A DNA stretch of 64,000 nt, taken from Octopus vulgaris. Taxonomy: Eukaryota. The stretch spans positions 108,562,001 to 108,626,000 of the forward strand of contig OX597815.1 of NCBI GenBank assembly GCA_951406725.2, read 5' to 3'. Positions 41,524-54,029 of the stretch are shown here, piece after piece. Each line of letters opens with the position of its first letter. The stretch's first letter is position 1. Made by a program: the position numbers and the translations under genes. The notes under the pieces were generated by a model. That model was not told the origin of the DNA and searched no databases. It worked only from the letters and a program-made list of their open reading frames with translations.

Positions 41524-41915
41524 CATCATCATCATCATCATCATCATTGCCATTACCTCACTCTATCTCTGCTACTCCCATCTCTTGTTGTTGTTGTTGT
41601 TGTTCTTCTTCTTCTTCTTCTTCTTCTTCATCAACCTCCTCTTCTTCTTCCTCCTCCTGTTCATCATCATCATCATTACCACCACCACCCCCTCCTCCTC
41701 CTCATCCTCCTCGTCCTCCTTCTTGATCTCCTTGTCCTCCTCGTTCTCCTCGTCCTTGTCCTCCTCCACCTTCTCCTCCGCCTGCTCATCCTTATCATCA
41801 TCTTCATCATTATCGTTGTCATCGTCATCATCATCATCATCTTCATTGTCATTGTCATCATTATCATCATCATTGTTATTGTTGTTGTCGTCATTGTCAT
41901 CATCATCATCATCAC
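41524..41915. repeat. Compound trinucleotide low-complexity tract (CAT/TTG/TTC/TCC)
   Basis: Visible; produces poly-S/E/K/M ORFs. Confidence 0.9.
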
Positions 41916-42826
41916 CAAGAACAGCTTCATTAAAAAATCATTATTCCTATTATACCTACTCTCAAGACCACATGTCAATTTATCATGGCCATATTTGCGT
42001 GAATGTAGGTGTGCAAAAATATATTCCTTCTGACATCTTCTATCAAACACTTGATTTATGGTGAACTCATTGATAAACCGAAATGAAATCCTTCACAATG
42101 CTTTTGCTAAAATCAGCCACAAAGAATGAAAGAGAAAGACTAATGAGAATCTTCTAGTATTCTTAACTAAATAATCTGAGATGACTATTAATGCTAAGCC
42201 ATTGCATTACAGGAATGCCTCATCATATGGGTTTTAAATATCATAAAATCTTAAATCATAATTTTTCATTTAGAACAGTATTTAATAGATTTTATCTAAT
42301 ATAGAAATAATAAATCAAAAGAGATGCAAGAGAAATTTCTTATCTATAAAGACTAGCTGACATCTATATGTAAAGAAGATGCTTTGTCAGCAGCAAAAAT
42401 AAAGTGATTCACAGAAAGAGCAAGGGGTGGGGGTTAGAGAGAGAAATTGATACATAAATATATTCATAATCAGACACAGAGGTGTGGTTAAGAAGTTTGC
42501 TTCATAACTGCATGGCTCAGGTTCAATCCTCACTGTACAGAACTTTGGGCAAGTGCCTTCTGCTATAGTTATGGGCTGACCAATGCCTTTTGGAAGGAAT
42601 ATGGTTGATGGAGACTGAAAGAAGCCTGTGTGTGCGTGTATATATATATGTATATATATCGTTTTTTTAGAAAAATATAAAAGCTGAGAAGCACACTCTA
42701 AGAAGTAGAGCAGTCTATATCTATCACTGGTGAAGGCCTGTTTATAGAGTTACCCTGGGTCTTTCCCCACAAAGATACTATTTATGGTGTATCATCAGAG
42801 CCTAAGACTTGTTGACCAACAAGTCT

Positions 42827-42884
42827 TAGGGTCTGATGATACACCATAAAGGTACGCTTTATAGAGAAACCCAAGGTAACCCTA
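42827..42884 (+). ncRNA. Type I hammerhead ribozyme (near intact) inside a fold-back at 42722-42907
   Basis: TAGGGT|CTGATGA|tacaccATAAAG gtacg CTTTATaga|GAAA|CC caa GG|TA|ACCCTA. Stem I is a perfect 6 bp; the base of stem II is imperfect. Confidence 0.7.
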
Positions 42885-43024
42885 TAAAGAGGCCTTCACC
42901 AGTGATAAATATATATATATGATGATATACACATATACATATATATATGTATATATGCATATATGCATATATATATATATATATATACACATATATACAT
43001 ATATACATGTATATATGTATATAC

Positions 43025-43104
<80 letters not shown>

Positions 43105-43110
<6 letters not shown>

Positions 43111-44012
43111 GTTTAAGAGACAGAATCACTCTAAAGCAACTCAATCATCATTTAATGACATTATCTACGATAGGTACATATAGATTAAATATTAAAAATT
43201 ATTAAAATTAATATCTACAATTCTTATTGTAAATCATATACATTACATTATATAAACTATGCGTGTTCCATGACAACATATTCCTTGATATTGCTGAAAT
43301 AGCAAGTCTCGAAATACAATACCATATTAAAAAGATTATATTGCCAATCTTCAGGTCTAGATTATATGAACTTCTTTTGCTATTTACATCCTATATAAAG
43401 ACATGACAAACTAAAATTATATAACTAGAAGTTGTCGGAATAATTTTACATTAGCAAATAAGGAACAGAAATGTGGAATAAAAATAAAAATGTTAAAAGG
43501 AATTATTGCCCCTATACAGTAATACTCAATGTTGGATTATACGACTGTCATTTGGTAGCCATGTTTTATTCACGGAGAGAAAATTACTATACAAATAAGT
43601 TAATATTTCTTTTTCCTAACGTTTCTTTTTCCTATTTTTATTCCACATTTCTGTTCCTTATTTACTAAAGTAAAATTATTCCGTTAACTTCTAGTTATAT
43701 AGTTTTAGTTTGTCATGTCTTTATATAGGATGTAAATAGCAAAAGAAGTTCATATAATCTAGACCTGAAGATTGGCTAATTGTTTTAATATAATATTGTA
43801 TTTCGAGACTTACTATTTCAGCAATATCAAGGAATATGTTGTCATGAAACGCACATAGTTTATATAATATAATGTATATCATTTAGAATAAGAATTGTAG
43901 ATATGAATTTTAATAATTTTTTTATATTTCGTCCTATATGTACCTATCGTAGATAATGTCATTCAATGATGATTGAGTTGCTTGAGAGTGATTCTGTCTC
44001 TTAAACCTATCT
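43105..44012. mobile_element. About 900-bp palindromic element (arms about 380 bp), each arm carrying a decayed hammerhead
   Basis: 43105-43486 is a diverged reverse complement of 43633-44012. Right arm: tctagac|CTGAAGA|t-tggc...gtca-t|GAAA|cgcaca TA|gtttata. Confidence 0.85.
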
Positions 44013-44157
44013 ATATATCTGTATATAATACATATATATATAGATGTTAATTCATTTTAGTACCACTAAATTGAATTTCTCTCCCCTGTGGACTCGGAAA
44101 TAACTTCCCTAATATTAATATTAATGTGTGTTTGTGTGTGTATGTATATATATATAT

Positions 44158-44258
<101 letters not shown>

Positions 44259-44721
44259 GGAAGAGGCCTGGTGATCTGATTGAAAAGTTTGCTATCATAT
44301 GCCTATAGATATGCACACAATATAAAATTCTTATAAAAGTACTTTCAAAGCAAAGCCTCAAACACACCAGAAAAAGCAATAATCTAATAAAATATGGCCT
44401 CTCAGCATCGTTTAAAACACTAACAAGATTCTGCCATTCTTTCCATTGACTCTCATAATCTGAATATATTATCCAGATTAAAAATAAAATAAAAATGCTT
44501 CACAAGGTTTGAATTTATAGTCTAATACATTCTCTCCTTAAATATTTAATATCGCCACATACATACACATTTTCACTCATAGAGATATATTTATACATGC
44601 ATATACATACACACATACATTCACACACACACACACACACACACATGCACAGATATAAAGAAACATAAAAATATTGATACATACATTCATACTTACATTC
44701 ACATATGCACTCATATATATG

Positions 44722-45225
44722 TGTCCTAATGCAGTATCAGGCAATGGCTCTCATGGCTTCTGATCTTAACAGATTGGAAGTATTATCATATACATGTTTT
44801 GTCTTGGTGTAAAAGATGGGCTACAGCAAATATTCTGCTCAATACTGCTTTTCAGTTGCTTGACCTTAGTGCATCTCTGATCATGTGGGGGAGCACCAAA
44901 GTCATATACTGAGAAAAATTCTTTGGAGTTTGAATTATTCACCTCTGAGTTTAAGGATGATAATATCATCCTTAAACAACCCTTATTCAGGAACCTTTTG
45001 AGTGGGATGGTCTACTTGACCCGAAGAAAATTCTAACTGGGCACCCCTCTGCAAGGTCATGTGATGTTTATCCTGTTATGAAGTCCCCATGTCATGCACT
45101 TGTAGTTTTAATACATGTGTTTGGTGTACCCTTATCAGACAGGTAGTCATGATGGGTATATTGGGCTTCATATATTTGTACTCCAGCATCACTTTGGTGA
45201 CATGCACTACTCTCTCACTCATTCA
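44722..45225 (+). mobile_element. Non-coding repeat sharing its 3' end with the R4/Dong-like LINE copy
   Basis: cagacaggtagtcatgatgggtatattgggcttc...ctctctcactca matches the minus strand of 62985-63078. Confidence 0.6.
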
Positions 45226-45420
45226 ACTCATTCAGACACAGATACATATTCATACATGCACATCCACACATTCATATATATATATATATATATATATATC
45301 AACAATAAAGGAACGGCCATAATAGGCCATTCACCTACTAGAAATAACAGCCAAAGCTTCAACCGCAAATAAAAGTCAATTCAGTAAACCAGGAGAAAAT
45401 TTAAAAACATTTACCCTGTA

Positions 45421-45527
45421 ATTTCTTATACGATATACCGTTTCATCTGCTGATTAATGGTAAACTAACCTGATTAAATTAAATCAAGCCAATCTTCCAC
45501 AGGCCCTCAGATTCCTCAGTAAGAAAT
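45421..45527 (-). ncRNA. Type I hammerhead ribozyme (inverted copy)
   Basis: Reverse complement of 46163-46269. Confidence 0.88.
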
Positions 45528-46162
45528 AGCCCAAGACGGAACAGATATTTTCACGAGGCATTTCCGACGTTGCCAAAGTTTATATCTGACCTAAAATTTT
45601 CAAATCGTCGCATTCGCGCCAAATTTATCGGCAGCAAATAAATATAAGCCGTCGATTCCATTACGGAATTAACCAGAAAATTCATAATTAATCAATATAG
45701 GGTGGCAAAAAAAATTTTGTAGAATTCTTTTGCCACCAGCGGCCTAGTAGGAAAAAATTAAAATAGTCATAGACCATTTTTAAGTTCAACATCAACAATA
45801 AAGGAATTTTACTGAATTGACTTTTATTTGCGGTTGAAGCTTTGGCTGTTATTTCTAGTAGGTGAATGGCCTATTATGGCCGTTCCTTTTTATTGTTGAT
45901 GTTGAACTTAAAAATGGTCTATGACTATTTTAATTTTTTCCTACTAGGCCGCTGGTGGCAAAAGAATTCTACAAAATTTTTTTTGCCACCCTATATTGAT
46001 TAATTATGAATTTTCTGGTTAATTCCGTAATGGAATCGACGGCTTATATTTATTTGCTGCCGATAAATTTGGCGCGAATGCAACGATTTGAAAATTTTAG
46101 GTCAGATATAAACTTGGCAACGTCGGAAATGCCTCGTGAAAATATCTGTTCCGTCTTGGGCT

Positions 46163-46269
46163 ATTTCTTACTGAGGAATCTGAGGGCCTGTGGAAGATTG
46201 GCTTGATTTAATTTAATCAGGTTAGTTTACCATTAATCAGCAGATGAAACGGTATATCGTATAAGAAAT
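46163..46269 (+). ncRNA. Type I hammerhead ribozyme, copy 1 (predicted cleavage after A46261)
   Basis: Stem I ATTTCTTA/TAAGAAAT (8 bp); core CTGAGGA; stem II ATCTG/CAGAT around a 58-nt insert; GAAA; quasi-palindromic stem III CGGTATATCG; GUA cleavage triplet. Confidence 0.9.
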
Positions 46270-46654
46270 TACAGGGTAAATGTTTTTAAATTTTCTCCTG
46301 GTTTACTGAATTGACTTTTATTTGCGGTTGAAGCTTTGGCTGTTATTTCTAGTAGGTGAATGGCCTATTATGGCCGTTCCTTTATTGTTGATGTTGAACT
46401 TAAAAATGGTCTATGACTATTTTAATTTTTTCCTACTAGGCCGCTGGTGGCAAAAGAATTCTACAAAATTTTTTTTGCCACCCTATATTGATTAATTATG
46501 AATTTTCTGGTTAATTCCGTAATGGAATCGACGGCTTATATTTATTTGCTGCCGATAAATTTGGCGCGAATGCGACGATTTGAAAATTTTAGGTCAGATA
46601 TAAACTTGGCAACGTCGGAAATGCCTCGTGAAAATATCTGTTCCGTCTTGGGCT

Positions 46655-46761
46655 ATTTCTTACTGAGGAATCTGAGGGCCTGTGGAAGATTGGCTTGATT
46701 TAATTTAATCAGGTTAGTTTACCATTAATCAGCAGATGAAACGGTATATCGTATAAGAAAT
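46655..46761 (+). ncRNA. Type I hammerhead ribozyme, copy 2 (cleavage after A46753)
   Basis: Same sequence as copy 1, offset +492. Confidence 0.9.
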
Positions 46762-47146
46762 TACAGGGTAAATGTTTTTAAATTTTCTCCTGGTTTACTG
46801 AATTGACTTTTATTTGCGGTTGAAGCTTTGGCTGTTATTTCTAGTAGGTGAATGGCCTATTATGGCCGTTCCTTTATTGTTGATGTTGAACTTAAAAATG
46901 GTCTATGACTATTTTAATTTTTTCCTACTAGGCCGCTGGTGGCAAAAGAATTCTACAAAATTTTTTTTGCCACCCTATATTGATTAATTATGAATTTTCT
47001 GGTTAATTCCGTAATGGAATCGACGGCTTATATTTATTTGCTGCCGATAAATTTGGCGCGAATGCGACGATTTGAAAATTTTAGGTCAGATATAAACTTG
47101 GCAACGTCGGAAATGCCTCGTGAAAATATCTGTTCCGTCTTGGGCT

Positions 47147-47253
47147 ATTTCTTACTGAGGAATCTGAGGGCCTGTGGAAGATTGGCTTGATTTAATTTAA
47201 TCAGGTTAGTTTACCATTAATCAGCAGATGAAACGGTATATCGTATAAGAAAT
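47147..47253 (+). ncRNA. Type I hammerhead ribozyme, copy 3 (cleavage after A47245)
   Basis: Same sequence as copy 1, offset +984. Confidence 0.9.
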
Positions 47254-47475
47254 TACAGGGTAAATGTTTTTAAATTTTCTCCTGGTTTACTGAATTGACT
47301 TTTATTTGCGGTTGAAGCTTTGGCTGTTATTTCTAGTAGGTGAATGGCCTATTATGGCCGTTCCTTTATTGTTGATGTTGAACTTAAAAATGGTCTATGA
47401 CTATTTTAATTTTTTCCTACTAGGCCGCTGGTGGCAAAAGAATTCTACAAAATTTTTTTTGCCACCCTATATTGA

Positions 47476-47514
<39 letters not shown>

Positions 47515-48393
47515 GTGAAGCAAATTTTTGCTGAACCCTAATTATAATTATACTCATAATTATAGAATTTTATATATATATATATGTTTATATATGTATA
47601 TATTACGTACTATATATTATAGTTTAAAAAAACTGCCTTCGGTCATGAATGACCTTGGGATTGCACCTAGAAAGTTCCCCTCCTTGGCCGAAGTAGGAGT
47701 AAGGTTGTAGGGCACAAATAGGAGCAAGCAGTCGCCCATGCATACCAACCTCCCCTCTCCACGCTGCTGATGTTATCCAAGGGGAAGGCAAAATACACAC
47801 ACTTCACCATCATCATCCTCATCATCATCGTTTAACATCCGCTTTCCATGCTAGCATGGGTTGGATGATTTGACTGAGGTCTGGTGAACCAGATGGCTGC
47901 AAATTTGTGAACTGCATAAATATCTACCAACCATTATAACTCTTTTAAAATTGTATATCATCATCATCATCATCATCTTGTGGGGAGGATGGGTGAGTGA
48001 GAGGTGGGGCTCCCTACATGAGGAACTACATCTGCAAATCTTTACGGGATGGCAAGCAAATCCCAGAAGATCTGAAACTGAACTGACCTTGAACAAAAGG
48101 CTGAACCCTTAAAGGGACCTTGGATGGCCAATGCATGCACATGCATCGAATAGTGAGAAAAGGATTTTGACAAAACAAACAACCAATTGATTTTTTGACC
48201 AACACATACAAATGATTGATTAGTTAGTTGTTTAGATATCTAACCAATTGACTAACAATGAAGAAGTGATATTGAACCGGTGTGTGTGTGTTAATTATTT
48301 TGGTGTAATAACCCTCTGAAGACACAACAAGATTTGTTTCAACACATGAATTCACATCAGGAATCTTACAAACCATATACAAAAATGAAGATT

Positions 48394-48436
<43 letters not shown>

Positions 48437-49093
48437 TCATATATACATACATATGTTAAGTTTGTATATATATATCATCATTATTTAATATCTGTCTTAC
48501 ATATTGGCAAGGGTTGCATGGTTTGATAGGATCCACTGAGCTGCAGGAGTATATCAAAGTCCAGTCTCTGTTTTGGCATGGCTTCTATAGCTGAATTTCC
48601 TTCTTAATGCCAACCACTTACTGTGTTTACAAGGTGCATTTTTCATGATGCCAGTGCTAGTCAGATTGCCAAGTAACTCACAAGACAAAGAAAAAGATTT
48701 ACCAAAAGATTGAAAAGTCAAAAGTCAGACATAGTTTTTTATATATTTCTAAAATGTCTATGACATTGATAAGAGTCCAGTCTTATAAATGAGATGAAAA
48801 ATAACCAAGACATGCAAGTTCGTATTGTAGAGAGGGTGGTGGCTTTATACCAAGTGTTGAGAGACTAAAGTACAAAAGTATGATGGACAGGCACAAGTGT
48901 TGCACAATAGAAGAGATATATGGCTACCCTGCATCATATAAAGGTGGCTGGAAGTTGCTAGAAAGAAGATAGTGATGGAGGTGATGAGGTGTCAGAACAT
49001 ATTCGCAAGATACAAAAAGATGAGTATGAGAGAATAAAAACAAAGAATGAGAAAAGGTAGGTGGATACACCCATTAAAGTATGAGAGGAGAGT

Positions 49094-49494
49094 GCACATG
49101 CTTAGGGCATCAAGGGAAGGATAGGACATTACAGAAATAGTAAATCTTTTACGGCACAAAAGAAATCACTTTAAGGTTGCTAAAATAATATTCGGGATGC
49201 CTTTATCTCTACTAAGTATAGATGCAGATGTGTTACCTAAGATTAATTTTGAGGACCTGATCAAAGACTTAGTAATTCAAAAAAGTAGGAGGAAACTTTT
49301 CAAATATAAATAAAATGGAAGTATACAAAAATAAACATTATTTTCCCTCTTACTGTTTTGTTTTGTTTTGTTTTGAAAAATGAAAATTTATTTTATGGTT
49401 TGTTATTATTTATATTTTGAATTACATAATCTTTTATGGTGGCACCAAAATCTTTTAAATGCTTAAGGCCTCGATGGGTCTTAATCCAGCCCTG
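49094..49494. mobile_element. hAT-like MITE, second copy (left end missing)
   Basis: Homologous to 16861-17269; ends tcttaatccagccctg. Confidence 0.65.
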
Positions 49495-49764
49495 AGAGTG
49501 ACAAAGGGTTAGAAATGGTGGTAAAGGTGAATGGATTGAAATATAGAGTTTTCATTGATAGTGGAGTTGTAGATGATGGTAAATATGAATAGGAGGTGGA
49601 AGGTAAACTTCTAGGAGTGGCTCAGGGAAAAAAAGCAAGTGGTAAGTGGCCATGCAGGAAAGGTGGAGAGCAGCAGTATAATAGATCTATGAAAAGACCA
49701 GATAAAAAAGAAGATGGTTTGTAGGGTGAAAGAGTGGGAGATGTGAGAAATAAAGATGAATAGG

Positions 49765-50145
49765 AGGGGACTGAGTGCTGGTGAAGTCCTATCTGTACAT
49801 TAAATTTGTCTCTGTACTTGTTGCTAGCTCTCACCTTACTGACAGCACAGCTGTACATTGCTTGCATAGTTCCCAAAAGCCATTCATCTACTCCTAGCTT
49901 CCTCAAGGACGACCAGATCCCAGAGCAAGGTACCTTTTCAAAGCTTCCTCCAGGTTAATGAATACAGCGGTTTACTTTTTGCTGAATACTTCTCCTGCAG
50001 TTGTCTTACTAGAAAGGAAACATCAGTGGTATTTTTCCCTAGCACAAAGCCAAACTGCATCTTATTTAGCCTATTTTCTTCCAAAGTAATTGGGTAATAA
50101 TTCTTTCTGTAACTTTTACACGGTCCGTCAGTTTGATATCACTGT
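49765..50145 (-). mobile_element. RTE LINE RT remnant
   Basis: LRKLGVDEWLLGTMQAMYSCAVSKVR...FNVQIGLHQHSV (GxHQGS motif); upstream decayed QFGF and VRQLQEKY motifs. Confidence 0.8.
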
Positions 50146-50355
50146 ACTAGCACACTCACACACACGCACACATTCACGTGCGCACACACACATGCACACA
50201 CACACACACACCACACAAACTTATAAAGGTACATAAGTACATAAATGTATATATGTGTGTATGCATGTGTATGCATGTCCATATGTGTGTATACATATTT
50301 ATCTACCTAGCTATCTAACTATCTAGCTTTATGTATATATGTATATGTAAATATC

Positions 50356-50390
<35 letters not shown>

Positions 50391-50847
50391 TGCTATAAAT
50401 CCATACATGTATATATATTTACATATATACATGTTTCATTATCAATAGTCTACTAGTGGTTGACCCCCTTAATTATCAGCTGACATCTTGTTTTAAGTTT
50501 TCCCTTACTAAACCTTATGATATTGCTTATAATAAATCTTGATTTTTATTACTATACCAACTAGAATGTCTGTCTACTCACTCAGCCCTACCCCTAACAG
50601 ATACTACCCTCTGTTCTCTCAACATTAGATATACAAGGGATTTGATGAACTAGTCTATAAATTAAAACTGACCCTATAAAGACAAAAAGTCAGTGGCAGG
50701 TAAAGGCTTCTTTGATAATTTTAGTAACTTCTATTCTGAAGTAGAGACAACACGTTCTTTGTCTATCTCCTTAACTTCTTGGAGATTTTAAGTATAATTA
50801 TACTAATGTGTCCATCTGTTCTATTTTAATTAAATTCTATGTCTTTG

Positions 50848-50934
50848 TGCAGCTGAAGATTACTCTACATTTTAAATTGATGTAATGATTGCATTGTTCA
50901 ATTAAATGGAGTTGCAGGAAACGATCATACTGCA
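50848..50934 (+). ncRNA. Type I hammerhead with one stem III mutation
   Basis: TGCAG|CTGAAGA|ttACTCTA...TGGAGTtgcag|GAAA|CGATCA TA|CTGCA. CGATCA is probably the palindrome CGATCG after CpG decay. Confidence 0.65.
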
Positions 50935-51132
50935 TTACCTCTGGATATCCTTGTTTATTTTGATTTTAACCACCTTACTTTGAAATTGTATGGATAATAC
51001 TGTACTAAATTCTGGTGCCTCAACTTAAGTACCATATTCATCTGAATCTAATTTTTTGCTGAACTCATCTACTATACCCAAAGTATTATATTTACATATA
51101 TATATATATATGTATATACACACACACATATG

Positions 51133-51204
<72 letters not shown>

Positions 51205-54029
51205 TGCGTATACATACATATATAAATATATATATGTATGTATATTTATGCGTGTGTATAAAAAAATGCAGATGTATATATATTTTTTTACATATATGTG
51301 GGTTTACATATATGTGTGTTTACACACACACGTGTGTTTATATATATGAATATATGGAGACACTCTCTTACACATATACATACATATTACATGGCCAACT
51401 GTGCATGAATTTACATTTTTACCCAATTAATTTACTCTATTGTTAGTCAATTTTCTATTCAGACATTTCAGTTATTTGTTCACATTTACATTTTTAGCTT
51501 TTTCATTTACTTTGCCTGTCTCAAGATTCAACTCTGTTTCTTGTTAAAGTCATTCTGTTCTGTTAAAGTTTGTTTAGTTTCTCTGTACATTAGCTTATTG
51601 ATGTGATCTATCCACCTAAGAATCTCAGCTGTCACACTGTAACCAATCTATCACAATATCTACCTATCTGTGCTGTGTTTCTTCGATTTGTCACATGCTA
51701 TCCAGTTAATCTATTTATATATCAGACTGATTATCTCTATGTTTATTTATATATTTATCTTGGTAGTTGCAATCACTCTGTCCATCTCTGTTTGTATGTG
51801 AGACTGTCAATGTTTGATATTTTATTTATTCATCTCTCTCTCTCTCTCTCTGACTCTGTCTCTTTTTCTCTCTCTCTCTGACTCTGTCTCTCTTTCTCTC
51901 TGTGTAAAAATACATGATGCACACATATATATTTATACATATTTATACTATGTTTACATAATTTTCATATATGCATACATGTACCTATCCCCCCTCTCTC
52001 TCTCTCCATATATATAAGTCATTGTAGATTGTCAAAATTTGATATAATAAATGTAAGTGTGTGTGTGTGCGCGCATAATTTCCTTTAACCAAGAATACAC
52101 AAAACCCAATCCACCTATTTTATTTCTGCTTTTCCATTAATCTGTCTAAATGCCTACCTATCTCTGTCACCTCATCTGTCAATATGGTTAAACATTCAAA
52201 CATAAACCAGCAACAAAACCCATATTACCTGTTCTGCCATTCTGACATTTTTTTGATATTCTGTCATATTTCATCAGTTAGTTAATAACAATTCCTTGTG
52301 CTACTATAAACCACATATAACTAGAGAAGCACTCTACCCTCAATCATTCTCTATATGTTAAATTGTCAATATCAGTTCAGAGACAAAAAAAAGATTATTC
52401 TATGTTGATGAAGTCAAGCCAAATCAAAAGGGAAATGGTAATAGATCAAGAATTTATCATGCTCAACATTCAGTACAACTTCAATTGACTTCGTTATCCA
52501 AATTAATGTTATCGATTCGTTTGGTGGTTTTTTATCCTAAATATTTTAGTTTATACTAAGCATATTATACTTAGCCAAGAATGTACCAAACTCTTTCTGT
52601 ATGTTTTAAAAATAACTGTAACCATTTGAAGCTGAGAAGCATGATACTATACTGATGAGGTCAAACAGATCACACCTAACCTCTTTTCTAAAACAGGAGT
52701 AGCCATGTGGCCCCTCTTCAGCAGGAAACCCACTATGTTCTGACCCTCTCTCTCATCTATTCACCCTTCATCTTCTTACGTAAAGCCACTTCTCTTGGAG
52801 TTCATTGTCTTGCAAGCTGCGTGATGACCTTACTAGTGCTGGTGGCTTGGAAAAAGCATCCACTACATGCTGTAAAGTGGTTAATGTTATGAAGTGCATC
52901 CAGCCATTGAAAGCATGCCCAAGTAAATAGTGGAGCCACATCAGTTCCTGTCAAACCATCAACCCATGCCAGCATGCAACAAAGACGTTAAATTATGATG
53001 ATGATAATTTGAAGAAATTTGACTGCTATTGCTAGCAGCTTGAGATCCTTTATTCACTTACTGTTGTCCTAGGTCAACTTTGATTGAGCTGACATATAAG
53101 GAAAAACATTTTAGCCATGACCAAAGAGTGTCCTTAGGATATCTAGGACTACTAGTATATTAATTGGTGCATCATTTTCTTTTTATTAACTGAGAAGTGG
53201 TTTGAGGAAGATTTAGCCACTATGTCTAGCAGGTCAAATGACTACATACAGACTCCCTTGTTTATTTCCAATAACCTGTAATGGTGATATTAGGAAGGTC
53301 TCTACAGTTTATTGAGAAGATGCATCTCAACAGACAGTAGTGATCCACTGCAATATCCAGCTTCACTCCCAGTAACCATCAGCAATAAAGTTGGGTACAG
53401 CTGATAGTTTTAGCCATCAAAGGTTAAGTAGGAGTAGGCATAAGTGTTGGATCATCTTGTGACTATCAATAATTGGGAATTAAAACAACTTACACGTTCA
53501 ATTGTTAGGTTGGTACTTGGAAACATAACAGTAGAAAAGGTTCTTAGATACAATTAAGAAGGAAATTTTGAAGTTAAATATTCTTTAACTATTCTGTGCA
53601 TTGGTGTGTCCATGTTTGCAAAGTTCTATAGTTTATTTGGACAGTTGCATACAAGACGAGACAAGGCTAACAGTCATTTGTTGGGGGAAGAGGGGACTGT
53701 GAGTGTCCCCTATGAATATCTCACTCCGTAGTGTTGCTAATTTTGAGAGGGAGTGAAGAGAGTGAGAGAGTAAAAGAGAAGAATCAATTGCAGTACTTGA
53801 CTGCTCCTTTATCAACTCCCTTAGATCTCAGAATGCAAGGAGTCAGGACTGTTATCACAAGATCTTTGACCAATACTCTAATGATCCCGCCTTTCAGTTT
53901 CATAATTTAAATATGACCACTTTAAAATGAGAGGTGTCACAGATCTTGAAGTAGTCTCAAGCAGATTGGTATCAAAAGAATTTGAAGTTAAAGATAAAAG
54001 AACAAATTTTTGTTTCTGAATTTCATTCC

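Larger units (their letters stand above)
45298..47483 (+). mobile_element. Retrozyme-like / non-autonomous PLE array: inverted copy (45298-45806) plus about 3.4 direct 492-bp units (45808-47483), in (TA)n
   Basis: Period 492 bp (equivalent ORF starts at 46006, 46498, 46990). Units are almost identical and CpG-rich, with (TA)n on both flanks and one hammerhead per full unit. Confidence 0.9.

Noticed and set aside
41481-42064. Ser/Glu-rich protein exon
   Set aside because: Compound trinucleotide repeats open in several frames, with no splice or homology support.
46006-47190. Three repeated 66-aa ORFs (MNFLVNSVMES...)
   Set aside because: They only reflect the 492-bp repeat, show no recognisable domain and overlap the ribozyme. 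Coding function is unsupported.
47632-47792. GC-richer segment as a possible HDV-like ribozyme
   Set aside because: I could not assemble the nested double pseudoknot by eye; left as an unclassified repeat.
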